From Candidatus Cloacimonadota bacterium (GTDB lineage Bacteria > Cloacimonadota > Cloacimonadia > JGIOTU-2): 64,000 nt of DNA. Under the pieces are notes generated by a model. That model was not told the DNA's origin, ran no database searches, and was given only the letters and a program-made list of their open reading frames with translations. The position numbers were made by a program, and so were the translations under genes. Every line of letters begins with the position of its first letter. Within the stretch, counting starts at the first letter, position 1. Of the stretch, positions 29,990 to 38,220 are shown piece by piece. The DNA lies in contig JAFGDR010000009.1 in the NCBI GenBank assembly GCA_016932035.1, positions 34,845 to 98,844 on the forward strand, in the 5' to 3' direction.

Positions 29990-30955
29990 ATGATGAAAAA
30001 AATACTACTCATATTTGTTTCTATTTTTGCTATATTGTCAATCTCCTGTAATAACACCGGTCCTGACCCTGAACCAATCACGGTTACAATAACTTCTCCG
30101 GAAGATTCTCAGGAGTTCCTTAAAGGGGATATTGTTACGATATCAGCCACAGTTAATGAAAAATCTGATCTATATTTTGTTGCTTTCTTCATTGATGATG
30201 TCGATATGGGGTGTGATTTTGAACCACCGTATGAGTATCAATGGGACACTGAAATAGCTAAGAATTCTGATCATAGTATCTATGTAGAAGCATGGGATAT
30301 GAAAGATAATACCGGAACTTCAAATGTTATACATGTCACTCTTATTACATCAATTACGGATATTGATGGGAATCAATACAATATCATTAAGGTTGGTTCC
30401 CAATATTGGTTGAAAGAGAACCTGATAGTTACCCATTATCGAAATGGAGATAGCATTCCAATTGTTACTGTTGATGAGGACTGGATCGTTCAGTCTGATG
30501 GAGCTTGGTGTAGTTACAATAATTCTTCGATGTTTGATAAAGTATATGGACATTTGTATAATTGGTTTACTGTGAAGGATGATAGGGGATTAGCTCCGGA
30601 GGGATGGCATGTTGCAACACTGAATGAATGGCAGGTATTAATTGAATTTCTTGGAGGTGATGGCGTGGCTGGAGGGAAATTGAAGGAAGTTGGAAATACT
30701 CATTGGAATATCCCCAATACAGGAGCAACAAATGAAAGCGGATTCACAGCGTTACCCGGTGGATATCGAAGTACTTATTATGATGGTGAATTTTTTCATT
30801 TGGGATATAATGCACATTTCTGGATGTTACAAGAATCAAGCGACATGTATGCGGAATATATTCATCTTCATTATGATTTTCCTAATGTTTTTATAAGTAA
30901 TGAAGACAAAAGGGATGGTTTTTCCGTTCGTTGTATAAAGAACCAAGAAAATTAA
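29990..30955 (+). CDS. FISUMP-domain protein (second full-length paralog)
   Basis: 321 aa; signal peptide MMKKILLIFVSIFAILSISC; 'YGHLYNWFTV', 'GWHVATLNEWQVL', 'GFSVRCIKN'. Confidence 0.75.
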   Translation: MMKKILLIFVSIFAILSISCNNTGPDPEPITVTITSPEDSQEFLKGDIVTISATVNEKSDLYFVAFFIDDVDMGCDFEPPYEYQWDTEIAKNSDHSIYVEAWDMKDNTGTSNVIHVTLITSITDIDGNQYNIIKVGSQYWLKENLIVTHYRNGDSIPIVTVDEDWIVQSDGAWCSYNNSSMFDKVYGHLYNWFTVKDDRGLAPEGWHVATLNEWQVLIEFLGGDGVAGGKLKEVGNTHWNIPNTGATNESGFTALPGGYRSTYYDGEFFHLGYNAHFWMLQESSDMYAEYIHLHYDFPNVFISNEDKRDGFSVRCIKNQEN

Positions 30956-31014
30956 GTTTATTGACAAGCTGTTTAACTAACTAATTTACATCAAAAGATT
31001 CAACAGGAAGTTCT

Positions 31015-34000
31015 ATGCGTAGACTTATTTTTTTGTTGTCGCTTATTATTATCTTCATATTCAATCCATTGTTCGGGAAGAAACAAATCCTAGATGTTGA
31101 ACCCTATCCATACAAATGGCAATTCCAGCAGGATACAAAACCGATTAAAACTGAAATAATTGGAAATCCCTTTGATTATGCTGGAAAACGGATTGGAATT
31201 GACGTTCGCAATTTCGAGCTTCCAAAAGCATATGAAAATTCATATCGACTTGCATGCAGATTTCCACTCATTGATTATATCTCGAATCAACCGCTGTATA
31301 TGAAACAATGGGCTGAAGAAGTAAGTGACACCTTTTTGATTATTCAAAAGCAGAGGCGAATTGAAGTAACCGGATATGCTTTGGAGTTGTTAAGAGATAC
31401 TGAAACATTTCCTTCCATGAAAATCTCGCATGATGTTGATTTATTCAAAGATTTTAAAGATATGTTGTTCTTTCGCTCCTTTACTTCGGAATATCGTATG
31501 GCAGTCTTAAATCTTGTTGAAAACTTTCTTATTGCAAAATCAATGATAACAAAAGCAAAGGAAGATCTGACTAACGAAGATCTGAAGTTTTTTAATGATA
31601 ATCCCGGTTATTTTCTCATTCCTGATGGAGAACATATGCCTTCCTTAACCGGAGATAATTCAACTCAATTAGACTTCATTAAGCATGCAAGGAATGTTAA
31701 GTTCCAGTACATATTCTTTGCCGCAAAGATCATGTCAGAAGCAATTTATAGATATTGGGATACTGTTAAAAACATGGAGGTATCAGACATATATTCAAAA
31801 CCCGCAGCCTATGAAGAACCATTCATCTATGTGACAAATTCCCTAAGGATCGTAATCAGGGGTATCGGAAATGATGTCTATACAAAAGATGCAGATCTGC
31901 TCATTGACGTGGGTGGTAATGATGTTTATCAAAATAATGCAGGGGGATGCAGGTCGAGTTTTGAAGAAATCGCAGTGTGTATCGACCATACAGGAAATGA
32001 TTTATACCAAGCTGGAGAAGATCTCTATGTGCAGGGATTTGGATTTCTCGGATGTGGTTTTCTCGTAGATTTCCAGGGGAATGATATATATGAAGCAAAA
32101 CATTTTTCACAAGGAGTTGGAGTCTGTGGTATTGGTGTTTTGTGGGATGTGGAAGGTTTTGACAGTTATGATGCTCACGGAATTTGTCAGGGTGCTGGAA
32201 TAGTCGGGCTTGGCATGCTATTGGATGACGCAGGAGAAGACCTTTATGATTGTTCCACAATCGGACAAGGGAGTGCAACAACCCTAGGTTTGGGCATTCT
32301 CTCTGATCTTGAAGGAGATGATCGTTACTATCTCGCAATTGACGAGTCGAAGGATAAACTCGGCTATCTTCCCGGCTATGGTCAGGGTGGAGCACTTTCA
32401 TTTAGAAATTACCCATGGAAAAAAAAACTTACTGCATATGGTGGTGCTGGATTACTATTAGATGCATCAGGTAATGATCGATATTGGACAAAGGGCTGGA
32501 GTGATCAGGGTGGGAGTTACATCATGTCTTTAGGCGCACTTGTTGATATTCAAGGAAATGATCACTATACGGCTAATACTGGCCAGGGGAGTGGCATTCA
32601 TATAACTAACGCGATCCTTATCGATAAAGACGGTCATGATATCTACGAAGGAGGATTCCGAACTGGAGGATCGGGAGGAGACAGATCCCCGGGATTTTTG
32701 CTGGACTATGCAGGAAACGATGTATATAGATCTCACACTTCTTCTTATGGTACAGGAGTAAAACCTTCAAGTTACTCACTTTTTATTGATTATCTCGGTG
32801 ATGATACGTATATCTGCGATAATCCAAAGGACAAAATAACATTCAACAATTGGCAGAGTTTTGGTGGTGTATGGCCAGAATCGGATCCCAATAATTGGCC
32901 TTATGCATTATGCTTTGATCTTGAAGGTATTGATGACTATCAGGTTCTCTACCACGAAAACAATTGTGAAAGATCGAGTTTTGGACATGGAATTTTTATC
33001 GATATGGAATGGAGTGGGGGAGATGTTATCGGTCATGTAGATAACACTTTGAAAGAGCAGCTTTTACCGCAAATTCCTGATGATGTCATTCAATCGGAAT
33101 ACAATGAAAATATTCGAGGATTATTATCTCCCAGTACATTTATGCGATTTCAAACGATAGGTAAACTTATTAGTGACTCTATCAAGGTCATACCGTTACT
33201 TGCTGAGATCTTAAACATATCAGAAAATAGAAGTTTAAACAGAGATATACTCGAAATTATTCATTATAAGTTAGTTGAAAATGAAATTAATGAAGCTATA
33301 GAACAATCTTTGATAAATTGCTTGAGTTCTCCAGATGATGAGGTGCGATATATTATTGCTGATGATATTGGAATGTGGAATATTGCATGCGGTGAAGAAG
33401 CTCTGATTCAGTGTGCACAAACTGATACTTCTGCAGATGTTAGGTTTGCTGCTGTACAATCCCTAATGCGTTTTAAATCAAAAAAAGCTCTTCCTTTCGT
33501 ACGCAGATTGAGTGAGAAAGATCATTCAGCTGATGTCAGGAGAATAGCTGTTAAATATCTTGGCATCATAGATGATGGCATCGATCCTTTTCCGTTACTG
33601 AAATATGCCCTTGAACACGATTCTTCTCCAGCTGTCCGGGTGGAAGCTGCAAGATCACTGGGAAAACGAAATGATGAACGAGCTGTTCCACTCCTCGAAA
33701 AAGCAGCTCAGTCCTTTGATGCCTATCTACAACGTGCAGCGGGGAAAAGCCTTGCTGATATGGGGTATATTGAAGGAATAGAGATACTCATTGAATCTCT
33801 TTCATTTCCCTCAATCGATGCATTTGAAAACTACAATTATAATATTCCTAATTTTATTGCAATGTACACGGGAAATGATTTTTCTGAACAAGTCCGTTAT
33901 GATCTGCATACATGGAAGGATTGGTTCGACAAGAATAAGGATTCTATCAATATTGAAGTGAATATTGACATTATGGAAAAGTATAATCTGCTGATTGACT

Positions 34001-34362
34001 CACTATCCTCATTTGAACAGGTGAGTAAAATTCAGCCACTTGATAATTTCGTGAATAAATATCCTCATTTAATGAAAGCAAAAAAGGATCTGGCTTCGAT
34101 TCTCAATAATGTAGCATGGGATTTGGTTACTGCTCCTACAGGTACAAGGAGGTATGATCTTGAGAAAGGACTCGAGTATGCGCTGCGTTGCGTCGAGTTA
34201 GATCCTCAGCTGAATTATATTGATACTCTAGCTGAAGCATATTTACAAAGCGGATTATATCAACAAGCTCTTGACATATGTAATGACGTTCTTAAAGACC
34301 ACCCTGAGAATTCAATGTTTATTGACCGAAAATCAGTCTGTGAATCATTTCTCAATAAATAA
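31015..34362 (+). CDS. large secreted mosaic protein: ~13 tandem 'D-x-x-G-[ND]-D-x-Y' repeats (beta-solenoid-like), PBS-lyase-type HEAT repeats, C-terminal TPR-like region
   Basis: 1115 aa; signal peptide. Repeats across 31861-32960: DVGGNDVY, DHTGNDLY, DFQGNDIY, DVEGFDSY, DDAGEDLY, DLEGDDRY, DASGNDRY, DIQGNDHY, DKDGHDIY, DYAGNDVY, DYLGDDTY, DLEGIDDY. HEAT repeats 'DVRFAAVQSL', 'DVRRIAVKYLG', 'PAVRVEAARSLG' (~33330-33720). Confidence 0.6.
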   Translation: MRRLIFLLSLIIIFIFNPLFGKKQILDVEPYPYKWQFQQDTKPIKTEIIGNPFDYAGKRIGIDVRNFELPKAYENSYRLACRFPLIDYISNQPLYMKQWAEEVSDTFLIIQKQRRIEVTGYALELLRDTETFPSMKISHDVDLFKDFKDMLFFRSFTSEYRMAVLNLVENFLIAKSMITKAKEDLTNEDLKFFNDNPGYFLIPDGEHMPSLTGDNSTQLDFIKHARNVKFQYIFFAAKIMSEAIYRYWDTVKNMEVSDIYSKPAAYEEPFIYVTNSLRIVIRGIGNDVYTKDADLLIDVGGNDVYQNNAGGCRSSFEEIAVCIDHTGNDLYQAGEDLYVQGFGFLGCGFLVDFQGNDIYEAKHFSQGVGVCGIGVLWDVEGFDSYDAHGICQGAGIVGLGMLLDDAGEDLYDCSTIGQGSATTLGLGILSDLEGDDRYYLAIDESKDKLGYLPGYGQGGALSFRNYPWKKKLTAYGGAGLLLDASGNDRYWTKGWSDQGGSYIMSLGALVDIQGNDHYTANTGQGSGIHITNAILIDKDGHDIYEGGFRTGGSGGDRSPGFLLDYAGNDVYRSHTSSYGTGVKPSSYSLFIDYLGDDTYICDNPKDKITFNNWQSFGGVWPESDPNNWPYALCFDLEGIDDYQVLYHENNCERSSFGHGIFIDMEWSGGDVIGHVDNTLKEQLLPQIPDDVIQSEYNENIRGLLSPSTFMRFQTIGKLISDSIKVIPLLAEILNISENRSLNRDILEIIHYKLVENEINEAIEQSLINCLSSPDDEVRYIIADDIGMWNIACGEEALIQCAQTDTSADVRFAAVQSLMRFKSKKALPFVRRLSEKDHSADVRRIAVKYLGIIDDGIDPFPLLKYALEHDSSPAVRVEAARSLGKRNDERAVPLLEKAAQSFDAYLQRAAGKSLADMGYIEGIEILIESLSFPSIDAFENYNYNIPNFIAMYTGNDFSEQVRYDLHTWKDWFDKNKDSINIEVNIDIMEKYNLLIDSLSSFEQVSKIQPLDNFVNKYPHLMKAKKDLASILNNVAWDLVTAPTGTRRYDLEKGLEYALRCVELDPQLNYIDTLAEAYLQSGLYQQALDICNDVLKDHPENSMFIDRKSVCESFLNK

Positions 34363-34427
34363 TCATTAACATATTGACGGAAATATTTCATTTTCATAGA
34401 GTTGAAATCAACTTCATGAACTAAAGG

Positions 34428-36098
34428 ATGCGCATGGAAAAATTTGATATTATTGATTATAAAAAAGTAAATGAAGTACTACATCAATTAAATGAATTGG
34501 TTGAGAAACAAAGCAAGCATATAAGGGAACTCATACATATTGGAGAATCTCTTTCCGCAAAAAATAGTCTCATTAACATCTTCTCTATAATTCTTAAAGA
34601 GGCAATGGATTATGCTAACACAGATGGAGGAACGATTTATGTAATTTCTAATGATAAACAATATCTAGATTTTAAGTTACTCTATAATAAATCTCTTCAA
34701 CAGCGAATGGGAGATATTAATTCTCCAGTAACCTGGCCAAGTGTTCCCTTATATAATTGTGATGGTTCCCCAAATATGAATCATATGGTTTCGTATGTAT
34801 TCCATACAAAGGAGAGTAAAGAATTTGATGATGTGTACAAACAAGACATTTTTGATAATACTGGTACAAAGAAATATGATATGCGAAATAATTATCACTC
34901 AAAATCTATGGCAGCAATACCATTGACAAATCATGAAGACGAGGTATTAGGAGTGATTCAGCTTATTAATGCACAAGATGATGAAGGAAAGATTATCTCT
35001 TTCAACGATAATCATTTATTAATGCTCAATTCCCTTGCATCACAGGCAGCTATCTCTCTTTCAAATAGCAGGTTAATAGAACATCTTGAAGAATTACTTC
35101 TGCAATTTATCAAATCAATTGCTTCTGCAATCGATAAGAAGTCAAAATATACTGCAGGACATGTCAAACGGGTGGCAACCCTTACAGAAGATATTGCACA
35201 TGTGATAAACAATCAGGACAGAGGTCCGTTTCAGGATGTTTTTTTTAGTGCCGATCAGCTTAAGGAAATTTCAATGGCAGGTTGGATGCATGATGTCGGA
35301 AAAATAGTTACGCCTGAATGTATTATGGATAAATCCACAAAACTCGAGAAGATTGTTGATAGAATTGAAATCGTGAATATTCGCTGTGAACTAATAAAAC
35401 AGGTCGTTTTTAAAGATTTAAATAAAATGCGCGCTCAAGGAGTTCTTACTGGTAAAAAAGAACGCGAATTAAATATGATCATTAGTCAAATTGAAAAGGA
35501 TTTCCAGCTAATAGATGAATTGAATTATGGTGCGGAAATTTTCTCTGATGAATACACAAAGGAGATCGAGAGAATCGAATCATTTTCTTATACATCTGAT
35601 GGCATTGAATATAAGCTACTATCTGAAGACGAAGTAAAGAATCTCAAAATAAGTAGAGGTACCCTGACAGAAGAGGAATTTGCAGTTATGAAAGATCATG
35701 CACAGGTTACATGGGAAATGCTTTCACCTCTTCCATTACCAAAGAAGTATGAAAATGTACCCCTTTTTGCTGCATCTCACCATGAAAGACTTGATGGTGG
35801 AGGTTATCCAAACAGACTCCCAGAAAATAAAATACCCCTTCAAGCACGTATAATAGCTGTGGCAGATGTTTACGAAGCTCTTTTAAGTGAGCGTCCATAC
35901 AAAAAAGGAAAAAAACTAAGTGAAGCATTGACCATCATGGCACATATGGTTCTTGAAAATAAATTGGATTGGACCGTTTTAGAAATCCTCTTAGATTCGG
36001 AATTGTATCTAACATTTGCACAGAAAATAGCAAAACCTGACCAGATCGATGAAGTGTCCTTAAAAGATATAAAAAAGATATACCATAAATTAGACTGA
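34428..36098 (+). CDS. GAF domain-containing HD-GYP phosphodiesterase (c-di-GMP hydrolase)
   Basis: 'HDVGK' HD motif and 'HHERLDGGGYP' HD-GYP signature. Confidence 0.8.
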   Translation: MRMEKFDIIDYKKVNEVLHQLNELVEKQSKHIRELIHIGESLSAKNSLINIFSIILKEAMDYANTDGGTIYVISNDKQYLDFKLLYNKSLQQRMGDINSPVTWPSVPLYNCDGSPNMNHMVSYVFHTKESKEFDDVYKQDIFDNTGTKKYDMRNNYHSKSMAAIPLTNHEDEVLGVIQLINAQDDEGKIISFNDNHLLMLNSLASQAAISLSNSRLIEHLEELLLQFIKSIASAIDKKSKYTAGHVKRVATLTEDIAHVINNQDRGPFQDVFFSADQLKEISMAGWMHDVGKIVTPECIMDKSTKLEKIVDRIEIVNIRCELIKQVVFKDLNKMRAQGVLTGKKERELNMIISQIEKDFQLIDELNYGAEIFSDEYTKEIERIESFSYTSDGIEYKLLSEDEVKNLKISRGTLTEEEFAVMKDHAQVTWEMLSPLPLPKKYENVPLFAASHHERLDGGGYPNRLPENKIPLQARIIAVADVYEALLSERPYKKGKKLSEALTIMAHMVLENKLDWTVLEILLDSELYLTFAQKIAKPDQIDEVSLKDIKKIYHKLD

Positions 36099-36139
36099 AT
36101 ATAAATATTTAGTATTTTTTGTAGTATTAAAGGAGTAAT

Positions 36140-37084
36140 ATGAAAGAACTTCAAATATCAATTTTATATGTAGAAGATGAACATATCATTCTTCAATCAG
36201 TAAAAGATATGCTTGAGGGTAAAGTCAGGAATCTTTATCTAGCGATGAGTGCCGAGGAAGCCCTGGATCTCTTTAAAAAACATAAACCAGATGTGGTGAT
36301 CACAGATATTAAAATGCCCGGTATGGATGGGCTTGAATTACTACGCGAGATCAAGAAAATTAAACTCGACACAAAACTTGTCGTGTTAACAGCGTTCGGA
36401 AAAAGGAATTATCTCATGGATGCAATTTCCATAGGCGTAGATAAGTTTATTCTCAAGCCCGTTGAAGAGGATTTCTATTATAAAGAACTCCAGGACCTTT
36501 CCAGATCGATCAAGCTTGAAAAACAACTCAGGCTTGAAGAGGAGCGAAGGAGAAAGGCACAGAAAGAGCTAGAAGAAGCTAATAAACGATTAAGTAAATT
36601 AGCACGAACAGATCCTTTGACTGGACTATCAAATAGAAGAGATATATATGAGAAAATAGAGTATGAGATAAAACGTTTTGAGAGAAATAATATTCCCTTT
36701 TCCATAGTGATCGGAGATATTGATGATTTTAAGGATGTGAATGATAATCTTGGCCATGATGCTGGTGATTTTGTTCTCTTCTCCATAGCTCGGCATATAC
36801 GTTCAATGCTCAGAAAACAGGATGTTGTTGGACGATGGGGCGGAGAAGAATTTATACTTATGCTGCCAAACACAAACCTGGAAGGTGCCAAGATCATAAC
36901 TGAAAGAGTTCGGAAGTCGATTAAAGAAAAAGTTATTCAATATAAAGAGAATGATGTTTCAATAACAATTACCTTCGGAATTTCAGTGTTTGATGAAATG
37001 GAGCCAATCAACGATTGCATAAAAAAATCAGATACTGCATTATATAAAGGGAAAAAGGAAGGGAAGAACTGTGTGACAGTTTGA
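36140..37084 (+). CDS. response-regulator receiver fused to GGDEF diguanylate cyclase (active-site GGEEF)
   Basis: REC 'ILYVEDE...VVITDIKMPGMDG'; GGDEF 'RWGGEEFILML'; AAGGAG RBS. Confidence 0.85.
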   Translation: MKELQISILYVEDEHIILQSVKDMLEGKVRNLYLAMSAEEALDLFKKHKPDVVITDIKMPGMDGLELLREIKKIKLDTKLVVLTAFGKRNYLMDAISIGVDKFILKPVEEDFYYKELQDLSRSIKLEKQLRLEEERRRKAQKELEEANKRLSKLARTDPLTGLSNRRDIYEKIEYEIKRFERNNIPFSIVIGDIDDFKDVNDNLGHDAGDFVLFSIARHIRSMLRKQDVVGRWGGEEFILMLPNTNLEGAKIITERVRKSIKEKVIQYKENDVSITITFGISVFDEMEPINDCIKKSDTALYKGKKEGKNCVTV

Positions 37085-37218
37085 TAAATTATTATAATAA
37101 ATATATATTACTATTAAAATCAGCATATTATAAAAAAACTTGACGCTCCTCCAGACCAGCTTACCTTTTTGTTCAAATTTTTTTGAATAAAAAAATAATT
37201 CATGAAAGCAAGAAGAAA

Positions 37219-38205
37219 ATGACCAAAAAAATACTCCCATTTCTCGTTTTTACTATCATACTGTTTGCAGGTTGTGCTGACTTTCTTGAACCTATTATTT
37301 ATCCCGGGGAATTAATTATTAAAGCAATCATTCCTACAAATGGCTTTGCAAGGGATGTGTTTGTATCAGAAGAATTCATATTTATTGCAGAAGATCAAGC
37401 AGGTTTCTCGATCTATGATAAGGCAACAGATTCACTCCTTGTGCAGTATTATGGGAATATCGAGAATGCCAGGCTTATTCAGGCAATCGATGATATTAAT
37501 CAGGTTTTTGTATACGACAGATACGGTAGCCCAGCTGCTATCATGGTTTATGATTATACCGACCCGAAAAATCCAGTTGAACTACCACCTGTAACTGGCC
37601 AGACGGCAAGCATAGAAGATCTCAAATGTGTGCTACGGGCAGATAATAGCGTCGATGTTCTTTGGACACATGCAAATAGCTATCAATATGGAAATTACAA
37701 TAACATTTGGTTAGGATCCTATGCATATGATTTTCCCAATGCTATTGAAGGTTTTGATATACGTGATACATTATTATTTGTAAGTGGTGAACAGAGAGGG
37801 TTGTATATCACCAACCGAAATAATGGCACGATCATCAGTGAAGTGAATACACCCGGAACTGCTGTAGATGTAAAAGTATATGAGAACTATGCCTATGTCG
37901 CAGATAAAGAATACGGAATATCTGTAATCGATATCTCCGATATTACACAACCTGAACTTGTTTTCAATTATGACACTTCAGGTTATGCACAAAGATTAGA
38001 TGTCGATGGAGATTTTCTTATTCTTGCTTCTGGAGGTGGAGGTGTGTATCTGTTTGATATTTCAAACAGAGAACATCCTGAATTTTCCGATCGATGGGAT
38101 GATTCAGATATTGGATATACGTATGATGTGGAATTTTATGATGGAGAAGTTTTTGTCTCAACCCGTGAGGGTGTGTATCGTATGTCAATTGTATTAAAAA
38201 ATTAA
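37219..38205 (+). CDS. LVIVD-repeat beta-propeller lipoprotein
   Basis: Start MTKKILPFLVFTIILFAGC (lipobox; the track start at 37183 is a TTG). Repeats 'YAYVADKEYGISVIDISDITQPEL' match LVIVD. Ends 15 nt before the first C25 peptidase gene. Confidence 0.65.
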   Translation: MTKKILPFLVFTIILFAGCADFLEPIIYPGELIIKAIIPTNGFARDVFVSEEFIFIAEDQAGFSIYDKATDSLLVQYYGNIENARLIQAIDDINQVFVYDRYGSPAAIMVYDYTDPKNPVELPPVTGQTASIEDLKCVLRADNSVDVLWTHANSYQYGNYNNIWLGSYAYDFPNAIEGFDIRDTLLFVSGEQRGLYITNRNNGTIISEVNTPGTAVDVKVYENYAYVADKEYGISVIDISDITQPELVFNYDTSGYAQRLDVDGDFLILASGGGGVYLFDISNREHPEFSDRWDDSDIGYTYDVEFYDGEVFVSTREGVYRMSIVLKN

Positions 38206-38220
38206 TAATTAGAGGATATA

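Noticed and set aside
6432-30966. Recurrent TTGACA(AA) boxes (6432, 19987, 22718, 28718, 30961) as full sigma70 promoters
   Set aside because: -35-like hexamers are clear but no convincing TATAAT at 16-18 bp spacing; the promoter consensus of this lineage may differ, so only the -35-like element is recorded.
31901-32401. 166-aa minus-strand ORF (His/Arg/Leu-rich) within the 1115-aa repeat protein gene
   Set aside because: Antisense to the periodic GNDxY repeat coding region; its composition reflects the repeat reverse complement and it has no RBS.
31861-32960. Possible RTX (GGxGxD) calcium-binding or YD repeats in the 1115-aa protein
   Set aside because: The unit is DxxG(N/D)DxY with ~27-aa spacing, not the GGxGxDxUx nonapeptide nor the YD consensus.
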